Source: Chlamydiota bacterium
GTDB lineage: Bacteria; Auribacterota; JACPWU01
NCBI GenBank assembly: GCA_016196885.1
Contig: JACPWU010000042.1
Coordinates: forward strand, 9,724-41,723
Length of the DNA: 32,000 nt
Direction of reading: 5' to 3'
Shown: positions 8,766 through 17,353 of the stretch, piece by piece
How the letters are laid out: each line of letters begins with the position of its first letter
How positions within the stretch are numbered: position 1 is the stretch's first letter
The notes under the pieces: model-generated
What the model was told of the DNA's origin: nothing
Databases searched by the model: none
The model's input: only the letters and a program-made list of their open reading frames with translations
Position numbers and translations under genes: made by a program

Positions 8766-10631
8766 TTTCAATTTTACTTTCTTCCTCGCCAGAGGTTGAT
8801 AAATGCTTCCTCCGGATTCGTAAAATTTAGTAAAAAATTCTACATAATGAAGACGGGCTGACTGAATGGTTGGGCTGAACGCCAAGGCCATGTTAATGAT
8901 ATGGAAGAGAATCGCAATAATCGCTCCCAATATCACATTTCCCACCAATCCTCCGAGCATGTTTCCGACAAAGGCTAAATAAGCACTGGCTACGCCGACC
9001 GCCATTAATCGGGCATAAGAGAGCATATTCCCGACAAATGAAAGAAGTTCCATAATCATCATGGGGCCTTTCATATAGATCAAAAGGGGAACGCCGATCA
9101 CCAGTGCAATGACAGATGGAATTTTTACCACAGTTGGAATTTGTTGGGCCAAAACACCGATCAAGACAAAAAGTCCGGCGAGAGAAACCAAAATGGCAAT
9201 CACTTCAATGATTTCATGGGTGTGGCGATGCCGAATGGATTGAATCAATTTAAGAATGAAGCCCAAGGTGACATGAAAAACGCCAATGCCGATCGCCAAA
9301 GCCAGAAGGGGGATGAGCGAATGCATGCGATCCCATTTGATGGTGGTGCCGCCCAGGTGCATGGTTAAGGGATGAAGAATACCTTTCTTCTCCAGAAAAT
9401 CTCCAAAAAATTCCCCAAACACAAAGCCGAAGAGAATGGTATAGAGAGAACAAACGATCACAATTTCCGAGACATGCTTTAAAAATTCCTGTTTTTTAGA
9501 GAGACGAAGCCAAAGTCCTAAGGCTAAAAAAACCAAGCCATACCCTATGTCTCCCATGATGAGGCCAAAGAAAATAGGAAAAAAGAAGGCGAAAAAGGGT
9601 GTGGGATCAATGCTTCCATACTTAGGCGGTCTCAAAACTTTAATGAAAAGCTCGTAAGGCTTAATCCAACGATGGTTGTCTAAAAGAACAGGTGCCTCGT
9701 GACATTCTCCGATTTCCAGATGGATTTTCCCCTGAAAGTGTTCGTTCAGTGTTTTTTGAAGTGAAGAAAGGGTTTTCTCAGGATTGTAGCCCGTGATGAC
9801 AAACGTCTTCTGAGTTTGTCCCAGCTCTCTCATCGCTTTTGAAGCGGCCATTTCATCTTCCAATTCAAGTTTGAGATGAAGGAGAGTGGAATAATTTTGC
9901 TGTGATAAATCTTTTAAGGACTGATCAACTTCTTTCAAGTCTTGAGGAATTTGCTTCAACTTTTCTTGCATCTTTTGAACAGCCTCTTGCAGGGGGTAAG
10001 ATGAAAGGCTGGATGGCATTTTGAGCTCATTTAATCCATATCTATTCAGAAGTGACTTTAAATTTTGATTGAGACTTTTAGGGTAAGCAAGTACCAGACC
10101 CAGTGTATCTTCATCTACAGATCGTTGGACCAAAATCACTTTTCCTGTAAAAGTTAGGGACAATTCTTTTTGTAAAGACTCTACCCGATTTCGATCCTTT
10201 TTTGAGGCAATGAGTCCCAGCGCTTCGAAGTGAGAACTTCCTTCTAGGGAAGCCAGAAGGGGGGATAAAATCTTGGTGGCTTCTCCATAGGCCTGAAGAA
10301 GGGCCCACTCATCTGAAAGCAATTGTCTCTTTTGAAGGAGATCCTGGCTTTTTTGAGAAATTTCATTGACCCAGGCTTCCATGTTATCGCCTAAAGGTGT
10401 TTCTGCAAGCTTGCCTAAAGGTTTGGGAAGGAGGGATAAAAGCGTCTCTAATTTTGAAATTAATTTTTCTTTTCCAGCAAACTCTTGAGAGGTCTTCTCG
10501 TTTAGACTCATTTTCTGAAGGCTGTCAGATTGGGTCAGATGAACGGTGCCTAATTTCTGAAGAAGATGGACAACCTCTTCAGAAAGATTCTTAGGCCCAA
10601 TGACCATTATTTTTTTCATCTTGGCGATCAT
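8763..10631 (-). CDS. atpI: A/V-type ATPase subunit I (a-subunit, stator/ion channel).
   Basis: 622 aa. N-terminal soluble coiled-coil half and C-terminal multi-TM half containing MLSYARLMAVGVAS (the conserved SYxRL arginine motif of a-subunits). Confidence 0.9.
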   Translation of the reverse strand: MIAKMKKIMVIGPKNLSEEVVHLLQKLGTVHLTQSDSLQKMSLNEKTSQEFAGKEKLISKLETLLSLLPKPLGKLAETPLGDNMEAWVNEISQKSQDLLQKRQLLSDEWALLQAYGEATKILSPLLASLEGSSHFEALGLIASKKDRNRVESLQKELSLTFTGKVILVQRSVDEDTLGLVLAYPKSLNQNLKSLLNRYGLNELKMPSSLSSYPLQEAVQKMQEKLKQIPQDLKEVDQSLKDLSQQNYSTLLHLKLELEDEMAASKAMRELGQTQKTFVITGYNPEKTLSSLQKTLNEHFQGKIHLEIGECHEAPVLLDNHRWIKPYELFIKVLRPPKYGSIDPTPFFAFFFPIFFGLIMGDIGYGLVFLALGLWLRLSKKQEFLKHVSEIVIVCSLYTILFGFVFGEFFGDFLEKKGILHPLTMHLGGTTIKWDRMHSLIPLLALAIGIGVFHVTLGFILKLIQSIRHRHTHEIIEVIAILVSLAGLFVLIGVLAQQIPTVVKIPSVIALVIGVPLLIYMKGPMMIMELLSFVGNMLSYARLMAVGVASAYLAFVGNMLGGLVGNVILGAIIAILFHIINMALAFSPTIQSARLHYVEFFTKFYESGGSIYQPLARKKVKLK

Positions 10632-10646
10632 AAAATTAGGAACTTG

Positions 10647-10866
10647 TAACTCCCCTAACCCAGCAAGGGAGGCTGCACTGCCAGTGGCAGTGCAAAGCCG
10701 ACTGCGGTAGTAAATGTTTTTTTACATTTCTCCTCTTATTCTAAGAGGGGAACTCTCCTGCCCTGTGCAAGGGGCGCTTTTTACTCTCCCCTTATTTCAA
10801 GCCCTTACAAGATTTTATAGTCCCCGCGGGATAGTCCCTGTGGGAAAGGGGAGTCGGAGGGGTTAA
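10647..10866. repeat. Composite family-D palindromic element, inverted relative to the 8597-8765 copy, 16 nt upstream of the atpI start.
   Basis: taactcccctaacccagcaagggaggctgcactgccagtggcagtgcaaagccgactgcggtagtaaatgtttttttacatttctcctcttatt... ends ...ggggagtcggaggggttaa. Confidence 0.8.
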
Positions 10867-10875
10867 TAAAATGTC

Positions 10876-11301
10876 TTAAACTTCTAATTTCTCTTTTTTA
10901 ATTTCAAATTGACCCAGCACATGATTCAGTATTAATTGAAGGGCACTCGAAGCATTCTGAGCGGCTTTTTCTTTGATTTGCTGGGCTTGTTGTTCAGCTT
11001 CAGAAAGGATTTTCCCCGCTGTTTGAGCAATGGATTTTTTTCGGCTCTCTTCGTAGCGTTTCGCTTCTTCTTGAGCTGAAAGACCCGATTTTTGAGTTTG
11101 CGATTCAGCTTTTTGACGGGTCTCGGCTAATCGCTCCTGATCCTTTTTTCGGGCTTCAACGAGAGACTTCTCGATCTGGTCTTCCTTTGCCCGTATCTTC
11201 TTTAAGACATCTTCCTCATGACTGTTCTTATATTCCGTATGCATATTATGTACCTTGTCTCTTGGGGCCGAAAACATAGCAGAGGAGGAGAGTTCTGTCA
11301 A
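10876..11301 (-). CDS. atpH: A/V-type ATPase subunit H/G-like peripheral-stalk protein. Start uncertain: TTG 11301, ATG 11277 or ATG 11244.
   Basis: Charged coiled coil (EEDVLKKIRAKEDQIEKSLVEARKKDQERLAETRQKAE...AEQQAQQIKEKAAQNAS). First gene position, as in the archaeal ahaH-I-K-E-C-F-A-B-D order. Confidence 0.5.
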   Translation of the reverse strand: MTELSSSAMFSAPRDKVHNMHTEYKNSHEEDVLKKIRAKEDQIEKSLVEARKKDQERLAETRQKAESQTQKSGLSAQEEAKRYEESRKKSIAQTAGKILSEAEQQAQQIKEKAAQNASSALQLILNHVLGQFEIKKEKLEV

Positions 11302-11324
11302 TTGTCAATTAAAAACAGTCGTGC

Positions 11325-11401
11325 GTCGTGAGGGGTGAGTCGTGAGTAAGAGCAAAACAGTCGTGGAAGGAACTGACGACCCACGACTTACCCCTCACGA
11401 C
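11325..11401. repeat. 20-bp inverted repeat (family E) overlapping the stop of the 11395..12075 gene; possible terminator.
   Basis: gtcgtgaggggtgagtcgtg (11325-11344) versus cacgacttacccctcacgac (11382-11401), 19/20 complementary by eye. On the minus strand a T5 run follows about 8 nt after the stem. The loop is long (~37 nt). Confidence 0.4.
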
Positions 11402-12075
11402 TGCTTTGCCTCTTGAATCGTGATAGAAACCCCCACCGATTGATCAGGAGGGAGGTTTTCGACTTTGCTGGAAGGCTCAATTTTATAATCCCAACCCTCG
11501 GAGGCCAGGGCGTCCGTGAAATCCTTCCAAGAATCTGCAGGAACCGTGGTTCTCAATTGAAACATTAGTTTTTCAGTTTCAAAGGTGATGGAGAGCCCGT
11601 GGCTTTGCACTAAATCCCGTGCCTTTTCCCAATCTTCACGGGGTGAACTTGAGCGGATGATAACGGCTCGAAAGATTTGCCAGGTGTCTTTTGTGCTTGT
11701 CACTGAATAGCCGGGAACATCCGTGGGAGAAAGCTCCAACTTTTCCTCCGGTGGCCGGTAAGGGACTTCAGATCCTGTTTCATCCAAAACGAATTTCGGT
11801 GTTATTTCCGGAGGAGTCCATCCTGGCGTAGGCGTGAGATCATAATCGTTGTTAATGATGATTTTGCGTTTGGGGATGGGTTTGGGAACAGGTTTTACTT
11901 GCTCCGCAGGTTTTGGCGGTTCCAAAACGCTTTGAGGTGTTGTTGGCGATGAAATCGGAGTCACAGGCGTTGGAATATTTAAAAGATCGGACGACTCTTT
12001 CCCATGTTTAAGCCAATAAAGAAGGCCGATGATTAAAATACACGCCAGTGGAATGAAAAGAGTTTTTTGAGTCAT
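11395..12075 (-). CDS. Hypothetical membrane-anchored protein with a Pro-rich linker.
   Basis: 226 aa. N-terminal TM helix LFIPLACILIIGLLYWL, a P/T-rich segment (PTPVTPISSPTTPQSVLEPPKPAEQVKPVPKPIPK), and a globular C-terminal domain. No family recognised. Confidence 0.6.
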   Translation of the reverse strand: MTQKTLFIPLACILIIGLLYWLKHGKESSDLLNIPTPVTPISSPTTPQSVLEPPKPAEQVKPVPKPIPKRKIIINNDYDLTPTPGWTPPEITPKFVLDETGSEVPYRPPEEKLELSPTDVPGYSVTSTKDTWQIFRAVIIRSSSPREDWEKARDLVQSHGLSITFETEKLMFQLRTTVPADSWKDFTDALASEGWDYKIEPSSKVENLPPDQSVGVSITIQEAKQS

Positions 12076-12264
12076 GAGGATATTATAGCCTGATTCATTT
12101 TGAACGGCAAAAATTTCTTGTCTGGGTCTCTGATCGGGATTTAAGATAATGACTAGTTCACTTCATTTTTACATTTGCCCAGAAGGAGAAGGTTGTTCAC
12201 ATTCCTTAATATAGCATATTTAGAAAGGGCTTGAAGTTGATGATGTTCAAATTTAAACTATTGT

Positions 12265-12366
12265 TTAAACATTAGCGAGACGATGAAGGAGTTCAGAGAT
12301 AAAGGTCTGGTATCGAATACCCAGTTTCTTTGCTTTGTGCTTCAAGTTTTCTTGATCCGTCAAGCG
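12265..12366 (-). pseudogene. C-terminal remnant of a BrnA/CopG-like (ribbon-helix-helix) antitoxin gene, truncated at a family-A REP element.
   Basis: The minus-strand translation RLTDQENLKHKAKKLGIRYQTFISELLHRLANV* matches the remembered ...L..lKa.A...GipYQtlI...L pattern of BrnA-type antitoxins. There is no plausible full-length start, and no partner toxin is upstream. Confidence 0.4.
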
Positions 12367-12424
12367 TAGTCGCCCGATTTATCGGGCAATCCATGCATGG
12401 CCCCATAAATGGGGCGACTACAAA
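12366..12424. repeat. REP-like element family A, copy 3 (variant with a longer central spacer).
   Basis: gtagtcgcccgatttatcgggcaatccatgcatggccccataaatggggcgactacaaa. Confidence 0.8.
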
Positions 12425-12555
12425 TGGATGACACTTGACTCAAGTGTATATGCCTAACATCAAAATTCAAAGCTATTTTGGCTTTACAAATACTAAAATC
12501 CAGATTGAAAAGGATTTGTCTAATTGTTAGACTCTCAGCCTCAAGGAGTCAAAAT

Positions 12556-15500
12556 ATGCTTCAGTGGATTTTAGGCAAGACTATCGGAACGAAGAATGAC
12601 CGCGAGGTCCAGCGTTTGCGGAAGCTTGTGGACCAGATCAATGATCAAGAAATTCAATATCACAACCTGACAGATGAGGCCCTTCGCAATAAAACCACAG
12701 AATTTCGAGAGAGATTGACCCAGGGGGAGACGCTGGATGATCTTTTGATTGTGGCCTTTGCGGTTGTAAAAAATGCCTGCCGGCGCTTGGTAGGAAAAAC
12801 TTGGAATGTGGTCGGGCATCCTATGCGCTGGGAGATGATTCCCTTCGATGTTCAATTGATTGGCGGCATGGTCCTTCATCAGGGGAAAATTGCGGAAATG
12901 GCAACCGGTGAGGGAAAAACGCTGGTGGCGACTTTCCCCATTTATCTGAATGCCTTGGCTGCTCCCGTCCATCTGGTCACGGTGAATGATTATTTGGCCC
13001 GTCGCGACTGCGAATGGATGGGGATGATTTATCAATCCCTTGGGCTCACCGTTTCTTGTTTACAAAATGACATGGATTTTGCCGAGCGAAAAAAAGTTTA
13101 TGCCTGTGACATTGTGTATGGCACGAACAGCGAATTTGGTTTTGATTATTTGAGAGACAATAGCATGGCTTCTCGCAAGGAAGAGCAGGTACAGCGGGGG
13201 CATTTTTACGCGATTGTGGATGAAGTGGACAGTATTTTGGTGGATGAGGCCCGCACGCCGCTTATTATTTCAGGACCTGCGAGTGTTTCGACTCATTCCT
13301 ATGATGAGGTAAAGCCTCTGGTCCAAAATCTTTTTCAGAAGCAGACCCTTCTTTGCAACCGTCTTTTAAAAGAGGCGCGGGAAGTGATTGATAAAGAAAA
13401 TGCAACCGATGAAGAGAATGATCAATGTGAAATTAAACTCTTTCAGGTTTTGAAAGGGTTTCCCAAGAATCGTCAGCTTTTGAAAATGATGGAAGAGCCC
13501 AAGGTGCGTAAAATTTTGGACCGTATTGAACTTCAAATGATGAGCGACCTTCGAAAAGAGGAGCGCTTTCGAGTCATGGAGGAGCTTTATTTTACGATTG
13601 ATGAGAAGGGCAACGAGATTGATTTGACGGACAAGGGCCGTCAGTTGATCAGCCATGGGAAAGACGTGGATGAATTTATTCTGCCGGATTTGGTGGGGGC
13701 CCTGCAGGATGTGGATGTGGATGCGGCCCTGACAGAAGATGAGAAGGCTCGAAAGAAGGAAAAGATTCAAGCCCAATACAATGACAGGAGCGAAAAGATT
13801 CACAATTTGTCACAACTTTTGAAGGCGTATTCCCTTTTTGAGAAAGATGTGGATTATGTGGTTCAGGATAATAAAGTGCTCATTGTGGATGAATTTACGG
13901 GTCGTCTGATGCCGGGCCGGCGCTACAGCGATGGGCTTCATCAGGCCTTAGAATCTAAAGAAGGCGTTAAGATTGAGCGGGAGACGCAGACCTTTGCGAC
14001 CATTACGATTCAGAATTATTTTAGAATGTATAAAAAATTGTCGGGTATGACCGGAACGGCTGAAACCGAAGCCAATGAATTTTTTCAAATTTATAAACTG
14101 CCTGTGGTGGTGATTCCAACCAATGATGAAATTCGCCGCATTGATCACCATGATGTGATTTACAAAACCCGTCGCGAGAAATTCAATGCCATGATCGAAG
14201 AAATTGCCCAGTTGCATCAGGCCTATCGGCCTGTGCTGGTCGGAACGATTTCTGTGGAAACCTCGGAGGTTTTGAGCCGGCTCCTGAAACGCCGCGGCGT
14301 ACCTCATTCTGTGCTGAACGCGCGTTACCATCAGCAAGAGGCGGAGATTGTGTCGCGGGCAGGGCAACCGGGGGCGGTTACCATTGCGACGAACATGGCC
14401 GGTCGTGGAACGGATATTAAATTAGGGGGTAACGTTGTCAAGCATGAGAATTGTGCGCTGATGATGCCTCGTCCAAATCAAGATCCTTGCCCTTATATCG
14501 AAGAGTTGGGCTGTCGTAAAAAAGTCCCTTGCGGGCTTCATGTGATTGGCTCTGAGCGCCATGAGTCTCGTCGCATTGATCGCCAGCTCAGAGGCCGCAG
14601 CGGTCGCCAGGGAGATCCGGGTTCTTCGCGTTTTTACATTTCACTGGAAGATGAATTGATGCGCCTCTTTGGTTCAGACCGCATTGCCCGTGTGATGGAT
14701 AAAATGGGCTTGGAGGAGGGGCAGGACTTAACGCATCCTCTTTTGACGCGGTCCATTGAGACAGCGCAGAAACGGGTCGAGCAAAGAAATTTTGGGATTC
14801 GTAAGCATACACTTGAATTTGATGATGTGATGAACAATCAAAGGAAAGTGATTTATGAGTTTCGCAATCACGTCCTTCAATCGGAAAATTTGAAAGAGGA
14901 TGTTTTGGAAATTATTGAAGAAGTGGTTTCTGGGAAAGCAGAAGAATTTTTACCTGTGAAGAATACGCAAGGGGATTTGACGGGCCTTTTGAAATGGGTG
15001 GATTCTCAATTTCCACTTCATGTATCTCAGAGGGGCACTCAATATGAGGAGAAAACTCCCCAGGAGGTTCGAGAAGCCCTTTTGACGGAGGTGAAGGCCC
15101 TTTACGATTTTAAGGAAAAGATTGAAGAGGACCGCATGCGGCGACTAGAGCAGGTGGTGCTTTTAAAGGTGATTGATCGCTTGTGGAAAGAGCATCTCTA
15201 CAATATGGATGCGCTTCGCGAGGGCGTTTATTTGAGGGCATATGGGCAGAAGGATCCTCTGGTGGAATATCGTACGGAAGGTTTTAAAATGTTTTCGGAC
15301 ATGATGGATTCCATGAAGGAGGACATTGCCAAAGAAATATTTACGGTTTCTGCTACGCCTCAATATTTTGAGACGGTGTTTAAGCGTTTGCCGACGCAAC
15401 TCATTCATCGCCAAGCGGATGGTTTCCAATCTGGAGTGGCTCCTGCTGCATCTGAAGGGAGTGCTCCTCGAACAGCTCTCGATTCTCGTCCTGAAATGCA

Positions 15501-15624
15501 AGTTTCTCCCCAGGCGGGAGGGCTTAAAGCGCCTCCGATCCGACGCGAATTACCGAAGGTGGGGCGAAACGATCTTTGTCCGTGTGGGAGTGGGAAGAAG
15601 TATAAGAAATGTTGTGGGATGTAA
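12556..15624 (+). CDS. secA: Preprotein translocase ATPase SecA.
   Basis: Track ORF trimmed to the ATG at 12556 (AAGGAG 7 nt upstream): [23 protein letters not shown]... Walker [44 protein letters not shown], and the C-terminal Zn motif [14 protein letters not shown]. Confidence 0.97.
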   Translation: MLQWILGKTIGTKNDREVQRLRKLVDQINDQEIQYHNLTDEALRNKTTEFRERLTQGETLDDLLIVAFAVVKNACRRLVGKTWNVVGHPMRWEMIPFDVQLIGGMVLHQGKIAEMATGEGKTLVATFPIYLNALAAPVHLVTVNDYLARRDCEWMGMIYQSLGLTVSCLQNDMDFAERKKVYACDIVYGTNSEFGFDYLRDNSMASRKEEQVQRGHFYAIVDEVDSILVDEARTPLIISGPASVSTHSYDEVKPLVQNLFQKQTLLCNRLLKEAREVIDKENATDEENDQCEIKLFQVLKGFPKNRQLLKMMEEPKVRKILDRIELQMMSDLRKEERFRVMEELYFTIDEKGNEIDLTDKGRQLISHGKDVDEFILPDLVGALQDVDVDAALTEDEKARKKEKIQAQYNDRSEKIHNLSQLLKAYSLFEKDVDYVVQDNKVLIVDEFTGRLMPGRRYSDGLHQALESKEGVKIERETQTFATITIQNYFRMYKKLSGMTGTAETEANEFFQIYKLPVVVIPTNDEIRRIDHHDVIYKTRREKFNAMIEEIAQLHQAYRPVLVGTISVETSEVLSRLLKRRGVPHSVLNARYHQQEAEIVSRAGQPGAVTIATNMAGRGTDIKLGGNVVKHENCALMMPRPNQDPCPYIEELGCRKKVPCGLHVIGSERHESRRIDRQLRGRSGRQGDPGSSRFYISLEDELMRLFGSDRIARVMDKMGLEEGQDLTHPLLTRSIETAQKRVEQRNFGIRKHTLEFDDVMNNQRKVIYEFRNHVLQSENLKEDVLEIIEEVVSGKAEEFLPVKNTQGDLTGLLKWVDSQFPLHVSQRGTQYEEKTPQEVREALLTEVKALYDFKEKIEEDRMRRLEQVVLLKVIDRLWKEHLYNMDALREGVYLRAYGQKDPLVEYRTEGFKMFSDMMDSMKEDIAKEIFTVSATPQYFETVFKRLPTQLIHRQADGFQSGVAPAASEGSAPRTALDSRPEMQVSPQAGGLKAPPIRRELPKVGRNDLCPCGSGKKYKKCCGM

Positions 15625-15775
15625 CTCCCTAGATTCCCCTCCCTTGATGGGAGGGGCTAGGGGAGGGTGGGTTTTTAAATGCCACCCCTCCTCCCCTAAC
15701 CCTCCTCATCACCCCGAAAGGGGCCGTTTCACGGAGGGGGAGGGAATTTTAAGACAGTCTGGGGAGTGGGTTGTC
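15622..15775. repeat. Family-D-like G/C-run palindromic element beginning at the secA stop codon; possible secA terminator/3'UTR structure.
   Basis: The TAACTCCCT terminus includes the secA TAA. Hairpins cccctccc-ttga-tgggagggg and ggggagggtggg-tttttaaatg-ccacccctcctcccc. Right boundary approximate. Confidence 0.6.
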
Positions 15776-15817
15776 AAAGTTATTTGGTGCTTTTATTGTT
15801 AAACTCCGTGTTAAATC

Positions 15818-17353
15818 ATGCATAATCGCTTTTTTCTCTCTATTCTTTCCTCTTTTCTCCTTTTCTTAGCCCTGGAAAATATTCTGGGGGGAGTGACTGC
15901 CTGGATTGCTTTGATTCCGCTTTTTTATCTATTGGACCAGTTAGAGACTCCTCGGCAAACAGGTTATGGGTGTTTTCTAACGGGATTTATTCATTATCTC
16001 TCTGTGGCCAGTTGGTTGACACAAGTGACGGTTGGGGGATATATCGCTGTTTCTCTGATTTTGGCAAGCAATTGGGCTCTTTTTGGGTGGCTTTATAAAA
16101 GATGGGAGATGGGGAAAAAGACTTGGGGGATTTTAGCGATTGCTTGTTCTTGGGCTTTTTTAGAATATTTGAGAAGTGTCGGTGATTTAGGCTTTCCCTG
16201 GTTTTTTCTAGGCTATTCTCAAGTTTCTCATTTAGCTTTTATTCAATCGGTAAGTTGGGGTGGGATTTTTGTTCTTTCTTTTTTGATTGTGTGGGTGAAT
16301 GGGGTTCTTTATGAAATTCTGTTTCTGAAAAAGAAATCTCTTTTAAGAAAATGGGTTTTAACAGGGATATCTCTTTTTTTCTTAAGCTTAAATTTTTTAT
16401 ATGGCTATTTCCGTTTGAAACATTTTTCTCTTGGTGAGATTTTAGATCCAATTAAAATTGCTGTGATTCAAGGTAATATTCCTCAAGGGGACAAATGGGA
16501 TTTAGATCAAGAGGAATGGATTGTTCGGCGATATGCACGTTTGACTTTTCAGGCTGCAAAAGATCACCCCGATTTAATGGTGTGGCCAGAAACGGCCTTG
16601 CCTGCGAACTTAAAAACAGATGAGCATTTGCAAGACGAAGTTATGGGTCTGGCTCGCAAGACGGGAAGTTTTCTTCTCATCGGTGGAAGTGATGACCGCT
16701 ATGATACTGAAAGGGTGGTGACGAATGCCGCTTTTTTAATCGGCCCGGATGGGCGGCTCAATGACCAATACGATAAAATCCATTTGGTGCCGGGAGGAGA
16801 ATATGTCCCTTTCAGAACTTGGTTTCCATGGATAGCCAATATGACTTTGGGGGAGATTGATTTTTCCAGAGGAAACGCCTATAAAGTTTTCAAAATGGGG
16901 GAATGGACCTTTTCGGCTGTGATTTGTTTTGAAGATATTTTTCCAGATCAAGTACGTCGTTTTGTTCGCAAGGGTGCCCATTTGATGGTGAATTTAACGA
17001 ATGATGCGTGGTTTGGGATCTCATCGGCGGCCCAAGAGCATTTGAATTTGGCGCGTTTCAGTGCCATTGCCAATGGGGTGGGCATGGTCCGGGCGACCAA
17101 CACGGGTATTTCAGCTTTTATTTCTCCGGTGGGAGAAATTTTGGAAACGGTTCGAGATTCTATCGGAAATGAGCTTGAAGTGGAAGGGGTAGCGGTTCGT
17201 GAAATATCTCTTCAAACACTTCCCACTTTTTATCAGAAGTACGGAGATGTTTTTTCTTGGGTTTGCGGCTGTGTTGTTTTAATATTCGGAGGTTTTGTGT
17301 TCACGAAGAAAAGGAGATCCTCACATGATCAGCGAAATCAAAGAAAGAATTGA
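15818..17353 (+). CDS. lnt: Apolipoprotein N-acyltransferase.
   Basis: 511 aa. Multi-TM N-terminal half followed by a CN-hydrolase domain (MVWPETALP, AVICFEDIFPD, NLTNDAWFG). Confidence 0.9.
   Translation: MHNRFFLSILSSFLLFLALENILGGVTAWIALIPLFYLLDQLETPRQTGYGCFLTGFIHYLSVASWLTQVTVGGYIAVSLILASNWALFGWLYKRWEMGKKTWGILAIACSWAFLEYLRSVGDLGFPWFFLGYSQVSHLAFIQSVSWGGIFVLSFLIVWVNGVLYEILFLKKKSLLRKWVLTGISLFFLSLNFLYGYFRLKHFSLGEILDPIKIAVIQGNIPQGDKWDLDQEEWIVRRYARLTFQAAKDHPDLMVWPETALPANLKTDEHLQDEVMGLARKTGSFLLIGGSDDRYDTERVVTNAAFLIGPDGRLNDQYDKIHLVPGGEYVPFRTWFPWIANMTLGEIDFSRGNAYKVFKMGEWTFSAVICFEDIFPDQVRRFVRKGAHLMVNLTNDAWFGISSAAQEHLNLARFSAIANGVGMVRATNTGISAFISPVGEILETVRDSIGNELEVEGVAVREISLQTLPTFYQKYGDVFSWVCGCVVLIFGGFVFTKKRRSSHDQRNQRKN

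Noticed and set aside
15326-15802. Plus-strand ORF of 158 aa overlapping the secA 3' end and running through the downstream repeat.
   Set aside because: It is out of frame with secA over half its length, and the rest is a translation of the G/C-run palindromic element (GGARGGWVFKCHPSSPNPPHHPERG). No start context.
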